This document shows, one piece after another, positions 1 through 13,813 of a stretch of DNA of 64,000 bases. This stretch comes from Octopus sinensis. Lineage: Eukaryota. The position numbers and the translations under genes are program-made. The DNA lies in assembly GCF_006345805.1 (NCBI RefSeq), contig NC_043001.1:59334001-59398000 (forward strand). Direction: 5' to 3'. The notes below the pieces were generated by a model. The model was given only the letters and a program-made list of their open reading frames with translations. It did not search any database and had not been told where the DNA came from. Position 1 is the stretch's first letter; each line of letters starts with the position of its first letter.

Positions 1-125
1 AGTGTTTGTCATAGTCGTGTCATATATACCAATATACTTATATATGCGTATTCCGTATCTTATGTTTGCGCATTCCCATTACCTAGCATAAACATATATA
101 AGCTTGTGAGTGTGTGTGCGTGTAT

Positions 126-169
<44 letters not shown>

Positions 170-1189
170 ACGCGTATGTACCTGTTTGTGTTACGAGCTT
201 TCTTTTACATATTCATGCAGTTAAACATATATTCAGTTTATCTATTTCGTATTCGTTACATTATCCTACGTACATCGGATGACATTTAAATATTAATCTA
301 TCAATTTTCTCGATTTTTTCTTCTTTTCTGTGTTGTCCAACTCTTTCCATAATTTGTTGCATATTATTTCATTGTATTTGTTTAGTCTTTCGATGGTTTG
401 TATCGATAAAATATAAAAAAAACTTTATTTTCGTGGTGAATTTTACTTATGTATGCAGTGTTGTTTTTCTGTAGCGAAAAATAAGCTTGATGCATCATAT
501 CTGGTTATATCAACTTTTCTTTTCCTCCATTTAAGCCGGATTTATACTCCCCCTCCCATGCATATATCATTGTATTGAATTCTACATATATTTATTACTT
601 ACTTCAATTTGATTATTATAAGAGAATTAACTGGCTATTTCTCGATAAGAATTTTAAATAGCACACAGGAATGCAATTCTATACGATTTGTAAGAAGACG
701 TGACTAGCAACTTTTGTGTCAATGATGTACTTTAGTTGGTGTGGTAGCACTGTCTCTGAAAGAGGCGAAAAGACGTTGATGCCTACGCTTCTAATGTTGG
801 CTTCAAATTTTGGCACAAGACAAGCAATTTTGGGGGAGATATAGGTTGATTACAAATAGTAACCAACTGAAAGGGAAATTATATAAAGGAATTTCGGAAG
901 TGAGTGATACTTTCATTGTTGCAGTTGAATATGATAGTACTTTTATATTGCTAATTGTAGAGCTTTTAGGGAGGGTTCAGTATTTGGTTCATTATTACCT
1001 AAACATAATCTTATAGTGAATTTACAAGATTAATACTTGTGGAAACAAAGTTTTTTTTTTCTCACTTAAAGACACCTTTTCGTAAACTGCTTCGTATTTG
1101 AACAATGTGTTTCAAATAAAATCTACGGAGGCTCTTATACATTTGTGACTCATTCTGCTCCATCAGGGCTCACATTGTGCTAAACAATA

Positions 1190-1214
1190 GCTGCTGCTGC
1201 TGCTGCTACTACTA

Positions 1215-1308
<94 letters not shown>
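1190..1308. repeat. Compound (CTG)n/(CTA)n trinucleotide microsatellite
   Basis: Alternating gctgctgct and actactact runs read directly. Confidence 0.95.
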
Positions 1309-1310
<2 letters not shown>

Positions 1311-3315
1311 ATAATAACAATTGTCCCCAGACCAGAAATTAGGAAGGGAAAATGGCAGTTTCCATGGAGCCCTGTACTTCACAATTACATTAATTTATCG
1401 ATCCTGGAATGATAAATAGCAATAGTGAGTTTTGACTAAGAACATAGGAAACAAGATAAAAATACGATAGGACATTTTTTTCGCCTCTATACCGCTTATA
1501 CCAATCAACCGCCCATTTGTGTGATTCTAAGGCAGGAGGTCAACAGTTTCGAGGTGATTCTGCTTTATTCTTTCCATCCAGGAGAAGTGAAAAACAAGTT
1601 TGAAGTCGGTGGGGTTTCAATTCGGGGCGCTGTGAACCATACGATTGCTGCAACGTAATGTATTCGATCTACTAACGACCGTGTTACTTGGCTTTTAGTT
1701 AAGATATAGGAGATATCAGTCGAGTGAAAATTAGTCATATTTCTTAGACTAATAAAGTTTCTATAATTTTTCGAAAATTACATGAATTTGAGGTTGTAAA
1801 ATCAATGGATTTGCGGATTGTGTTGATATTTGAGAAGAAAGGGAAGAAAAGCAGAAAAAAAAATCATAATTTTATTCACATAAAATTTAGATGAAAATTT
1901 CAGGATTATTATTAGTGTTGGTGGCAAATACACTTCCTGCATATTACATTCTAAGGTAAACATAGTCAAACTGAAAGACAGCCATTCAACTCGATCATTT
2001 AGAAATAACAGCGACATCTTACTGAAACTCTGTTTTACATTCTTAAAATGTTTTGTATAGTGTACACCGGGGAGCCGTATTTCTAAATGGCGATAATGGT
2101 TTAAAAGAATTTAATGGTATTGGCGATAATGGTTTTAAAGAATTCAATCGGATATTAATTAGGAGGTAATTTTTAGCAAAATTATTTTTTCTCACTTAGG
2201 TACTTGTCCGAAAATTTTGAGGCAAGTTAGCAAGTTGGTTAAATCAAATCTAGAACTTGACTGGTACGTCAAAGATAGCCATGACGGGATTTGAACCTAG
2301 AAAGTCAATAGTCGGTAGAGATACTCTAACTATTTTGTCCGGAGCGATAATGATTCTGCAAGCTCGCTGCCTTCTTTGGGCTAAATACGAACGTAAAGCA
2401 TTAAGATGTAATCATTAATCCTTGCATATCAAACAAACCATTCAAAATCCACATTTAGTTTGCAAGGGACATTTCTCCATTCTACCTCTATGTCACGTCA
2501 TTTCCACCTTATGATTTAAGATGTATGTAACTTTTTCTTTCTACACAACGGAGCAAAATGTCTTTGGACAAGCAGGAAGCAATTTATCACATATTTTTAA
2601 TTAATGTTTTTGTTGTGAGATAAATTATCACGATGGCAATCAAATTGTATTCGAAACCGTTAGTTAACTTTTACTTGAAATCTAGCCAAAATTCCTTAAT
2701 GCCATCTCTGATTTAACCTTGAAAGTACATGGAATGCAGCGGTAAAGAGAGGGAAAATTAATGATTAGAGAGATAGAGAGGGGATATCAGTTGAACTACC
2801 GTAACAATCAATGACGCATTGTTATCAAAAGCGTAAAAGCTTTGATTAATAGAAAAGTTCGAGCTCTCAAGCTATGTGTCTTCTTTCTTCTTTTTTTTTA
2901 AGAAAGTGATTGTAATATCGTTACCCATTATAGAAATGTGTTAGGATGCTGCAGCAAAGAGAGCCTCATTGCAAGTTATCAAAGAAAGATAACAATCGAA
3001 ACTCTCCACGCCAACCATTATTCGAGGGAAAAATACAAGAACATGAAAAGATGAAACATGAAAACGAGAAAAAACAAGAATAAAATGAAAATAAAATATG
3101 AATAAAATAAAATAATTGAATAAACATACTATTAATTTTGGCCTTAGTTGCTGTCGGGAAAATCCTAAATAGTCTTTAGCTGTCCCACTTAAAGCGTAAG
3201 CATAAATGTATAAGTCTCTATAACATACTCGCTAATGGGAGGCTTAAAATGAAATCGGGCAAATACCTAAAAATATCTGGTATTACAATGAATTAAAACG
3301 AAGGATAAATAGGAT

Positions 3316-3329
3316 ACCTACCTACCTAA

Positions 3330-3411
<82 letters not shown>

Positions 3412-3454
3412 ATCTAATCTATCTATCTATCTATCTTTCTATCTAATCTATCTA

Positions 3455-3527
<73 letters not shown>
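3316..3527. repeat. (TATC)n tetranucleotide microsatellite
   Basis: About 200 bp of near-perfect TATC units. Confidence 0.97.
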
Positions 3528-3751
3528 CATATATACATGCATAAATACATACATTCATACATGCATTCAGAGCTAGTATAGAGAATGGATCTCGGTCGAT
3601 TTTGATTTTGAAATTCCAGTTAAGGCAGAATCGTTAGCTAGCAGTGCAAAATGATATTTTTTGTTCCTTGAGATATACAATGACTCACATTTACACTCAT
3701 ATACGTACGTGTTCATGTGTTTATAAAATATAAACATATACATACATACAT

Positions 3752-3781
<30 letters not shown>

Positions 3782-3784
<3 letters not shown>

Positions 3785-4133
3785 CTAAGCAATAAGGGTT
3801 TAGCAACGAGTTGCCTTACCACATACCGAATTTAGAAATAGCAGTCAAAGGGTTATAGCTATTTCTTCTACTAAAAAGGGAGATCTCAGTAAAAACAGCA
3901 TCTGGAAGGCACAAACGGTAAGAGAGAATGAATTGACTGCAATCTATCATACTAAAAAAATGTATGATAGATTGCAGTCAATTCATTCTCTCTTACCTGT
4001 TTGTGCCTTCCAGATGCTGTTTTTACTGAGATCTCCCTTTTTAGTAGAAGAAATAGCTATAACCCTTTGACTGCTATTTCTAAATTCGGTATGTGGTAAG
4101 GCAACTCGTTGCTAAACCCTTATTGCTTAGTAT
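3782..4133. repeat. Near-perfect 352-bp inverted repeat (fold-back palindrome)
   Basis: Arm 3782-3952 is the reverse complement of 3962-4133 apart from one 1-nt indel (caaacgg vs cctgtttg); 9-nt spacer TAAAAAAAT. Confidence 0.95.
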
Positions 4134-4239
4134 TACTTAAATTTTCCTCGAATGAGGCTTTTACATGCCGAAGACTACTTGGTGTAATTGATAATTTTTC
4201 CAAATTAATTAATTTCACCCTTCATTATTACGGATAACC

Positions 4240-4301
<62 letters not shown>

Positions 4302-4302
4302 A

Positions 4303-4339
<37 letters not shown>

Positions 4340-4341
<2 letters not shown>

Positions 4342-4539
4342 ACCTCGTGTGCACCGTTGGCGACTTTTTTCCTCTGTCTTCCCTTCTCTGGATCTTTCCT
4401 TCTTCTATATTCCCGACAAAGAGCGCCGCTCGAAACGTTAAACCCTCCCTCTTTCCTTCTTTCCTGAGCGTCCAATAATACTATATTTGTTCCACGTCCT
4501 CTCGTTGTTTTTTTTGTGCTTTCTTGTTTGGATTAACTT

Positions 4540-4541
<2 letters not shown>
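4340..4541 (+). mobile_element. Possible PLE terminal-repeat (pLTR) fragment with a decayed hammerhead-like motif
   Basis: Non-coding island between microsatellites containing CCGACAA-A-GAGC-gcc-GCTC-GAAA-CGT-T; the core is broken and stem I does not pair. Confidence 0.35.
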
Positions 4542-4620
<79 letters not shown>

Positions 4621-5530
4621 GAGTATAACTCCAGAGTTACTGGGAAAAATTCAATTTAGTATTATATCAAATTTCACAATATAAATATATAATATATAAA
4701 TTAGAGAAAAAACACTATTATGTAATTCAAACAATGATAGACATAAACCAAATCATAAATAACAATAAAATATATTTTTATAAAAAATATATTTTTATTA
4801 AATTTTTTAAATTTTTCATTTATGATTTGGTTTATGTCTATCATTGTTTGAATTGCATAATAGTGGTTTTTTTCTCTAATATATATATATAATTCGTTTA
4901 TAGTAACATTCGGGTTGTGCAAATGATTCTAGCTAGTGAGTCAGTTTTTCGAGGGAGCAGCATGGTTATACCAGTATAATGTAGGATAAATATTATAATA
5001 ACAGTAATCATAGCATGGGATTTATAAAATTTTAATACACCGGTACGTGCGTTTCCACTAATCACATGCTTTTAATATGACACCAGAATCGGTATCCTTG
5101 AGATTAGTACAGTATAGTCCGTACGACCTGCGGCATTCTGTTGATCACAAGCATTGATTCATTTCATCAGGTGAAACTATATTATCGGAGGAATCACAGA
5201 GGGATGTTTATCCCTTCTTGCCAGTATGATGGCTAATCTAGCTATGTGGGTATTTCTGTATGTACTTGATAAGGGGGGGGGTAGTTGATGGGAATAGGGG
5301 AAAGAATAGTAGTAATATGGGGCTGGAGGTGTGTGATGCTGTTGGATTTATTTGCTATTCATTCTGTAGATTTTAAGGATGGTCATTCATTTAGCAGATT
5401 TAACGATAGGAGTATATTTCTTGCTCTATTTCATTCAAGACCTGATCTCCTCAATAAATTTTGAACCCAAGAGATTAGCTGCTATATAGTGGGGTTTGTT
5501 GACCAAACTGATTAATACCAACCCTCTTAT

Positions 5531-5741
5531 ACTCTTTTACTCTTTTACTCTTTTACATGTTTCAGTCATTTGACTGCGGCCATGCTGGAGCACCGCCTTT
5601 AGTCGAGCAAATCGACCCCGGGACTTATTCTTTTGTAAGCCCAGTACTTATTCTATCGGTCTCTTTTGCCGAACCGCTAAGTTACGGGGACGTAAACACA
5701 CCAGCATCGGTTGTCAAGCAATGCTAGGGGGACAAACACAG

Positions 5742-5772
<31 letters not shown>

Positions 5773-5842
5773 CATATATACGACGGACTTCTTTCAGTTT
5801 CCGTCTACCAAATCCACTCACAAGGGATTGGTCGGCCCGGGG
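5531..5842 (-). mobile_element. tRNA-derived SINE family 1, 5'-truncated
   Basis: Reverse complement of the 3' two-thirds of the copy at 7119-7638, including the (TAAAAGAG)-type tail and internal (AT)/(AC) tract. Confidence 0.92.
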
Positions 5843-6179
5843 GGTGACTTTTTTAAACTGTTTCTGTTGTTATAGTGCGTTTCATCTTAAAAATTGATAT
5901 TTTCATTTATTTGTTTGGGTTCTTTTACTATTCTATAATTCCTTACTTCTTTTCGAAATATTATTTTCCAGAGGAAATTAAATGAACTGCTTCAGATATT
6001 CAGGAACGCAACTGGAATATTAGAACGTGCAGAAAAATACAGATACACCGAACTTATAAACCAAGCAGTTATATAGCAAATAGAAGTACACACCTCGCAA
6101 CACACTTGATAATATAAATAAGAATGGACTCGAAATAGTTATGAAGTTAGGTATACATGATAAAACTAGACCTTACAGA

Positions 6180-7005
6180 CATATAACACCTGGAATAAGC
6201 ACAAAAAAAAACAGAAGGAAAAATTCCATGATAACCCAACAGTAAGATTTATATGCCCGTCCAAATCAGATATAGGTATAATTAGCAAAGTAATAATGGA
6301 AAATATAATACCTAAATTAAAATGTGTAACCAACCTCATATTGTGGTTTAACACCGATGAAATTATCACTTGGTTTAAAAACCTAGAGAACAAAAACAAT
6401 ACCAATTTTGATCAGTTGGACATATCGAACCAGTCTATAAACCCATTTCTACTAAACGAGGCGCTAAAACCAACATTCGACCTAACTAGGGAACAAACTG
6501 ATATAATTTTAGCAGCTAGAAGTAATATAATAGAATACAGAGGAATGCTATTTACTCGATTGGATAAGTTTGATTCATTTGGCATAACGATGGGGACTAT
6601 CAAGTCTACGCAAATCACGGACGTAGTAGGCATACACTTATTAACGTAAATAGAACATTGGCTAACGAATATGGGGTAGGATTTTATAGAGATGACGCAT
6701 TGTTCACTAAACACAAAATTTTCAAATTAGAAATAGAAAGGTGCAAGAAAAACTCAAAATTCTTAAAGAACGTTTGATTAGAAATAAAACTGAAAACATC
6801 ACAAAGTGGTAAAATTACTTGACACAAAACTCAGCCTCATTAATGAGAAATCTGAACCATTCAATAAGTCAAATGAGAACTTAAAATATAAGAGTCGAGG
6901 ATCCAATCACCAGGAACATATATTGCGATGCACACCAAGAAGCGTCAGTAATAGAATATCTAGACTATCAACGGATGAATAGATATTCAATATGTACGCC
7001 GAGTA
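6180..7005 (+). mobile_element. Penelope-like element, decayed RT core/thumb (YRDD type)
   Basis: Manual translation across frameshifts: FHDNPTVRFICPSKSDIGIISK, QLDISNQSINPFLLNEAL, FGITMG, GFYRDDAL, SNH, RISRLS. These match PLE RT motif order; the element ends in (TTA)n. Confidence 0.8.
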
Positions 7006-7035
7006 TTACTGTTATTATCATTATTATTATTATTA

Positions 7036-7096
<61 letters not shown>

Positions 7097-7118
7097 TTTT
7101 TTTATACATACATACATA

Positions 7119-7283
7119 GGCGCAGGAGTGGTTATGTGATAAGTAGCTTGTTTACCAACCACATGGTTCCGGGTTCAGTCCCACTGCGTGGCATCTTGGG
7201 TAAGTGTCTTCTACTATAGCCTCGGGCCGACCAAAGCCTTGTGAGTGGATTTGGTAGACGGAAACTGAAAGAAGCCCGTCGTA

Positions 7284-7321
<38 letters not shown>

Positions 7322-7328
7322 TATATAC

Positions 7329-7422
<94 letters not shown>

Positions 7423-7638
7423 GTGTGTTTGTGTGTCTGTGTTTGTTCCCCTAGCATTGCTTGACAACCGATGCTGGTGTGTTTATGTCCCCGTTACTTA
7501 GCGGTTCGGCAAAAGAGACAGATAGAATAAGTACTAGGCTTACAAAAGAATAAGTCCCGGGGTCGAGTTGCTCGATTAAAGGCGGTGCTCCAGCATGGCC
7601 GCAGTCAAATGACTGAAACAAGTAAAAGAGTAAAAGAG
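7119..7638 (+). mobile_element. tRNA-derived SINE family 1, full length
   Basis: Pol III A-box-like TGGTTATGTGAT and B-box GGTTCAGTCCC; CORE-like CTTGGGTAAGTGTCTT segment; internal (AT)n expansion; 3' GGTGCTCCAGCATGGCCGCAGTCAAATGACTGAAACA and TAAAAGAG tail. Five more copies or fragments occur in the window. Confidence 0.93.
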
Positions 7639-7766
7639 TATATGCAGACTACATGCATACATACCTACCTGCACACACACGTGCGTACGTGCATACATAC
7701 ATATTTGCGTGTGTACGTACATAGAAATAGCAACAAAAGAAAAACTGGGAGAGAAGATTAGATTGG

Positions 7767-7934
<168 letters not shown>

Positions 7935-9196
7935 GTTTCGACATAAAAACCAACGGCATGGTTAAGAGAATCAGGTGGTAACAGAAGAAATGCATATTCT
8001 TGGAAACTCGTGCACAGACATGAATTGTTGTAATGCTGCATACATGCGGCTTCTGTTTAGTGTCAGAACTCTTCCTGACTTTCTTTTCATGTCTAACATC
8101 TCTTATTTTCCTGTTTTTCATCTTTGAGACATGTTATAGATTTAATAACGTTTTATCTTTTCCTAATTTTTTCCCAAAGATGAAACGATATTAAACAAAT
8201 CAGAAACCTTAAATAACTATAAATATGTATGGTTACTTCCCCATAGCTGCATATTTTTAATCTACACTAGAGAGAAGTTTTAAAATGTCGATATTGACTA
8301 TTTCTTTGTTTGTTACTTTTTTGCACTTTTGCTATTTTTTTGTTTTCAGAATGTCTAGCAGTACGTTTGGTATACGTTATCAAATTCAGGCTAATGTCAA
8401 ACTTCAGTTAATTGTTATATTTGCTGTAAAGTACAAAAGTCTTTCATTTAGGATTTGTAATGACAATGACTGGATAAATTTTTTTATCTACATGTATCAA
8501 AGCAGAGGTTCATCCCTAATAGAGATACAAAAATCGAATTGAGAGGATTTGGAAGTACATTTTAAAATATGTCATTTAGCTAATCGATTCATAATTTTTG
8601 GTATCTTTAGAAAAAAACAACAACACTTTGTTATGAAGCACAAGACTAGATTTTTCAACTAAATCTGATGTCGCTACACTCCATAGCATTGGAAATGAAA
8701 TTACCATATCTTTACTGAATTATTTAAGCTTTGTCACAGTCTTGACACGTCATGAGCTAACTACGAAATCTATTGTAAACTCCAGTCCATCGGGAAAATA
8801 TTGATAATTCTTTTTTCGTTTTCACAAGGTCCACCAACATGAAAGTAATGCATTTTTACATTAATAGAAATCTATGAATTTATACAGCACGTGCATAATT
8901 GAGTGGATCAACAACGATTACGTGCTTACTAGTTATTTTGTCCATGTTGGAGTGGTGAAAGTTAAAGTCTTTATGGGATATCACTAAAAATTCTATAGCA
9001 TGTAGGTGAGTGGTCTGTATTTGCGACAACTCCCCATGGAACCACCCTCTAAATAATGCAGCTAAGTAAATATTTTGCAGTAATATTTCCTTATATTTAA
9101 AGTGTCTTTTTAACTGCTGTCTCTAATAGACATGAATTACGAAATTCAATTGATTAATGAAGCAGTATATAAACACACATACATGCATATATATGT

Positions 9197-9249
<53 letters not shown>

Positions 9250-9257
9250 AGTATATA

Positions 9258-9326
<69 letters not shown>

Positions 9327-10710
9327 AAGTATATATATATATATATGTATGTATATATCTATATATATATGTATATATGTGTACATACATGCCTGCATCC
9401 ATGCACATCTACATGCATGCATGCATACATACATACTTACATACATACATACATAATATACATAACTACGTCCGAGTCAACGTGAAGATCTATTTTGATT
9501 TATGTATATTTAAAAGAGAATGTGATAAGAAATCTAAATAAAAGATATATCAAGTTAAGAAAATGAATTTCACATTTTTCTACAAATCTTCTGTACAAAT
9601 TCTAATTCAATAATCCCATATATACTCTAAATCTTAAACTAACCTTTTTGTACTGTAATTTAAATTGCATTTTTCCGATTAAAATACTGAATTTATGAAT
9701 TTTTTCCTTTGCGCTAGTGAAATTGTTTACTTTTATTATCCTAATACCCACGATGCATAATACAGTTTTTACACAGCAACCCCAGCATGATTGTATCTGC
9801 TTGGTTAAAACGTATTACAGAATAACACCCGCTCATATAAACTCTAGGTACTCGGGTTTTACATTCCTGGAAATAAATACCCACTGTTTCTTTCCAGGAC
9901 TCTTGTTTATTTATAATTTCTGTTACCGACTAAACAAAATAATGTATTATGTTAGGTCATCTAAACAGGAATCTAGAAGAATCCTGAAGCAGATATAGTA
10001 TGGAAGTTCGCATTCGTTTCTATATGTGTATCTCCTGGAATTCTGCAGATTAAAATTTACAGAACTTCTGTGCGTGAGAGAAAGAATGAGATAGAGAGAG
10101 AGAGAGAGAGAGAGGGGGGGGAGAGAGAAAGAGTCTAAGGAATACTATAAACAAATAAGGAATACTATAAATAAATATAGTAATTTCGAAAATTTTCTTT
10201 TATCAAGTGACATGAGCAAAATTTGTCACTTCCTTATAATCTTGATTTCAAAGAGGGAAACTATAATGAATTCGCTGCTATGTCATGTATATTAATAGTC
10301 GGTCATCAATTTTATTTGTTTATTTATCTATTTATCTACTTATCTGTTTATTCATTTATTTAACATATTTCAGCGCAAATATACATGCAGGCATATCATA
10401 CGACACAATTATATCTGTTTCCGTAAACTGTAATATAACCCTTCGTGAATTTGCGGCAAGAACACTTTAATGACAATTGTATAGATGGACCACTGCTTGT
10501 TACTGAAAAAATCACTACATCATTCATCGGATCAATTTCTAAAAAAATTTTATAAATATTAATCTCATATCTATCTCTAAATAATGTTCAATTAATTTTT
10601 CTCATAATCAACCATAAATTATTTTAATAAAATTATTCTTGAACCTTAGAAATGGACATTGCCATTACCTCTAATTCAGACAGTTCTATAACAAGTAATA
10701 GCCTATTAGA

Positions 10711-11247
10711 CAGCGCTACGCAGCGTGAGTAGTGTCGCCCTTTTGGGAAGACAAATATCTAGGGGACACGATGGAAGGTGCCGTATTTTTTTTATTAGAA
10801 ATTTAATCGTTTAAACTTATACACCAATTTTTTTTACATGGTGTAAATGCTTTGTCGGGATTAGGATATGCGTGAGACATCGAGTTAAAAGTGAACAAAT
10901 CACGCGTGATAATGTGTCAGTATAATTTTATTATATACAACTGTGTCTTCTTTATTAAATTCTATTACAAAAATAATCATAGAGGACACTTTTCACAGGA
11001 ATATCTAAATAAACTTTCATTCTGGATGTGAAAGTATAGGAACGGTCATACTAAACAACTGCACAAAATTAGTTTTCGTGCGATGAAAAGAAATAAATTA
11101 ATTATTTTGGAAAACGAGACGACGTAAAAGTTGATTCTCTGTTAGGAGACGCTGAACAGTAAAATTCTGAGAATCAAACGTAACTCATAAAAGAAAAGAA
11201 GCTTTTAAGTACCAATGGATCTTATTTTCACGCATACGCAGTCGCTG
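10711..11247. mobile_element. Possible old non-autonomous TIR (MITE-like) element
   Basis: Left end CAGCG-CTACGCA-GCGTGA resembles the reverse complement of the right end (CAGCGACTGCGTATGCGTGA). There is no coding capacity and the TSD is unclear. Confidence 0.35.
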
Positions 11248-11689
11248 TAGTTCACACATTACCCTACTAAATTAATTTCATTGAGTTTTTTTTTATTTCC
11301 TTGTTTCTCTGTTGTGACACGAAGCACGTATTTTCCCTTCTTCAACCTATCCATTCATATAAGCATACACGCACACATTCAAACGCACATTCACATACAC
11401 ACACACACACATACAAACATATACACACAAACACGCACACACATTCACACACACACGAACACACACGAACACAAACACGAACACAAACACATACACAGAC
11501 ATATATATATATATACACACACACATGCATCTGAACTAAACAAACAGAGATTCACTTTGAAATCAAAGAGTCTTATAAATGCAGCCGTATATGTATGCAG
11601 CTATGTGTGCTGGTGTGTAAGTGTGTGCGTATGTGCGTGCATATGTATGTGTATCTGACAGCCAGATTTCGTGTGCTTTCGCTACCATA

Positions 11690-11833
11690 AATTAGCGGTC
11701 CGGCAAAAGTGACTGACAGAATACCTACCAGGCTTTTAGAATAAATAAGTACTGTGGGCTATTCTTTGGATAAAAAAAATTCTTCAAGGTAGTGCCCGAG
11801 CATGGCCACAGTCCAGTGACTGAAACAAATAAA
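11690..11833 (+). mobile_element. Diverged SINE 3' half related to family 1
   Basis: ttagcggtccggcaaaag...gtgcccgagcatggccacagtccagtgactgaaaca aligns to the 3' end of 7119-7638. Confidence 0.75.
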
Positions 11834-12413
11834 ATTTGAAACATATATATAAATACATAGATAGAATGAGATTATGATGTATGTAGATCACGAGAGCGAT
11901 AGCTTATAATAGCAGAAGAACGATAGAGAGAAAATATCGATAATTACTCAGGTCAATAGATTGGTGGATAGTTGGAAAGGTAAATTTTAGTTTATTCTTA
12001 TGTTATATCGTAAATCAGTTTGTGTGACACACCGTGATAAAATAAATTAGCCTTTTGTCTCTATTGTTTTTTGTAAACTTTCCCAACTTTTGGCATAACA
12101 AACATGTGCTGTCTGTTCTTAATGAGACAGAGAGAATCATAACTCATAAAATTTCTACACAGCGACAGTTTAAATTAGCAGATTTCACAATGGTTATTAT
12201 GCTTGAATAAAACATAAGCATACATAGAAGAAACAAACTCTCATACAAACATATAATAATAACTGACATAGGTATAAGACTAAACTAGAGTCACATAGAC
12301 ACACATATATATATGCATACATACATAAATATATACACACATATATACACGTAGATACATAAATACATACATACATACACACAAATACACACACACACAT
12401 ATATATATACATA

Positions 12414-12535
<122 letters not shown>

Positions 12536-12888
12536 TTTGTGTGTTATTCTGTTTTTTTAAGCTAACCAGAAGAATGTGAATTTATTGGATGGCCAACTTA
12601 TATGCGCTTCATAAAACGTAACTGTTTGATTAATGGCTTCCTGTATCACTTGATCATCAGACAGGAACACGTTGACCAGTTACTTTGCCGCCAAATTTGC
12701 TTTGTTATTTTCTGGCTTTGCCGCCATTTTATTTCGTTGTTTTGCCGGCATTATTATAGTTTGCTTTACTTTTTTATAATTTTCTTAAAAGCCACCTGAG
12801 AAACCAATAAAACTTTGACCTTGTGTTATATATAAGAATAACATTCACAATAATAATAATGATGATGATGATGATAATAATAATAATA

Positions 12889-12947
<59 letters not shown>

Positions 12948-13770
12948 TGAAAATGATAATTAGGATAATGATAATTATTATTACTATTACTATTATTATA
13001 ATTATAATTGTTATTATCATTATTATTCTTAACGACAACAACAGAGGGTTTACATTGAGAAAAATAAACGTTCAGGGTGGCATAGGACAACACATTAAGT
13101 GGTTGTGTATGTGTGTGTTGATGTAAGTGTTTTTGCTTGTAAACAGGCTTAACAGAAAAAAATTTATTATCATTATTATTATTATTGTAAGTCTTTAAAA
13201 TATTGGCAAGTCAATATTTTAGGAGGTGAGGAAATTTTAGCTCAGAACGTAAAGAGCCGGAAGAAATGCCGCTAGTCATTAAGTCCGACGCCTTAACAAT
13301 TGTGCCAGCTCAGTGCATTAAATATAATAACGTTATTATCATAGATTCTATCCTCCTCCTCCTCTTCTTTCTCCTCCTCCTCACCACCACCAACAAAGGT
13401 GAATTATCCAAATCCCAAAGAATGCCTCTCAACACAAGGCTATGATTCTCCCCCCACTACTTCTGCTTGTGATCAGTCACAAGGGAGACGCTCATCTGGT
13501 TGAGGTTAAACAACTGACAAGCAAATCTGTGGTATTGAGTAGAATATTTGCTGTAGCACATCTTTTACACCAAGACAACATGATGTACATGATAACACTT
13601 CAATGAGTTGAGATGAGAAGCCATGAGAGCCAGTGTCTGGTACTGCAGCAGGGTATTTATTATTATTATTATTGTTGTTGTTGTTGTTGTTGTTGTTGCT
13701 GCTACTGCTGCTGTTGTTGTTATTACTCTAGACGAAGAGCGCGATTCTATTGTAATAAATATTTTATAGG

Positions 13771-13813
13771 TTGAACAATATTTCGACAGTAAACCTGTCT
13801 TTGTCGAGTTCAA
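13771..13813 (-). ncRNA. Minimal type I hammerhead ribozyme motif in the PLE 3' terminal repeat (probably impaired)
   Basis: TTGAAC-TCGACAA-A-GACAG-gttta-CTGTC-GAAA-TAT-T-GTTCAA. Stems I and II pair perfectly and stem III is palindromic ATAT; the core has U3/A8 plus U4C. Confidence 0.65.

Noticed and set aside
790-2375. Several very decayed SINE family 2-like traces (about 793-900, 1310-1470, 1480-1690, 2195-2373; also 13195-13320)
   Set aside because: Similarity is visible but too eroded to set boundaries without alignment.
5038-5177. CTGATGA...GAAACGCACGTA on the minus strand as a hammerhead
   Set aside because: The core and a partial stem II exist, but stem I does not pair in register and the spacer is about 100 nt; may be chance.
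9830-9960. Candidate host exons here and at 8347-8395, 37870-37980 and 47610-47760
   Set aside because: AG/GT boundaries and short open frames are common by chance; there is no recognisable protein and no multi-exon chain.
13410-13670. Probable LINE 3'-UTR-type interspersed repeat ending in (ATT)n
   Set aside because: No coding motif and no second copy in the window to support a family call.
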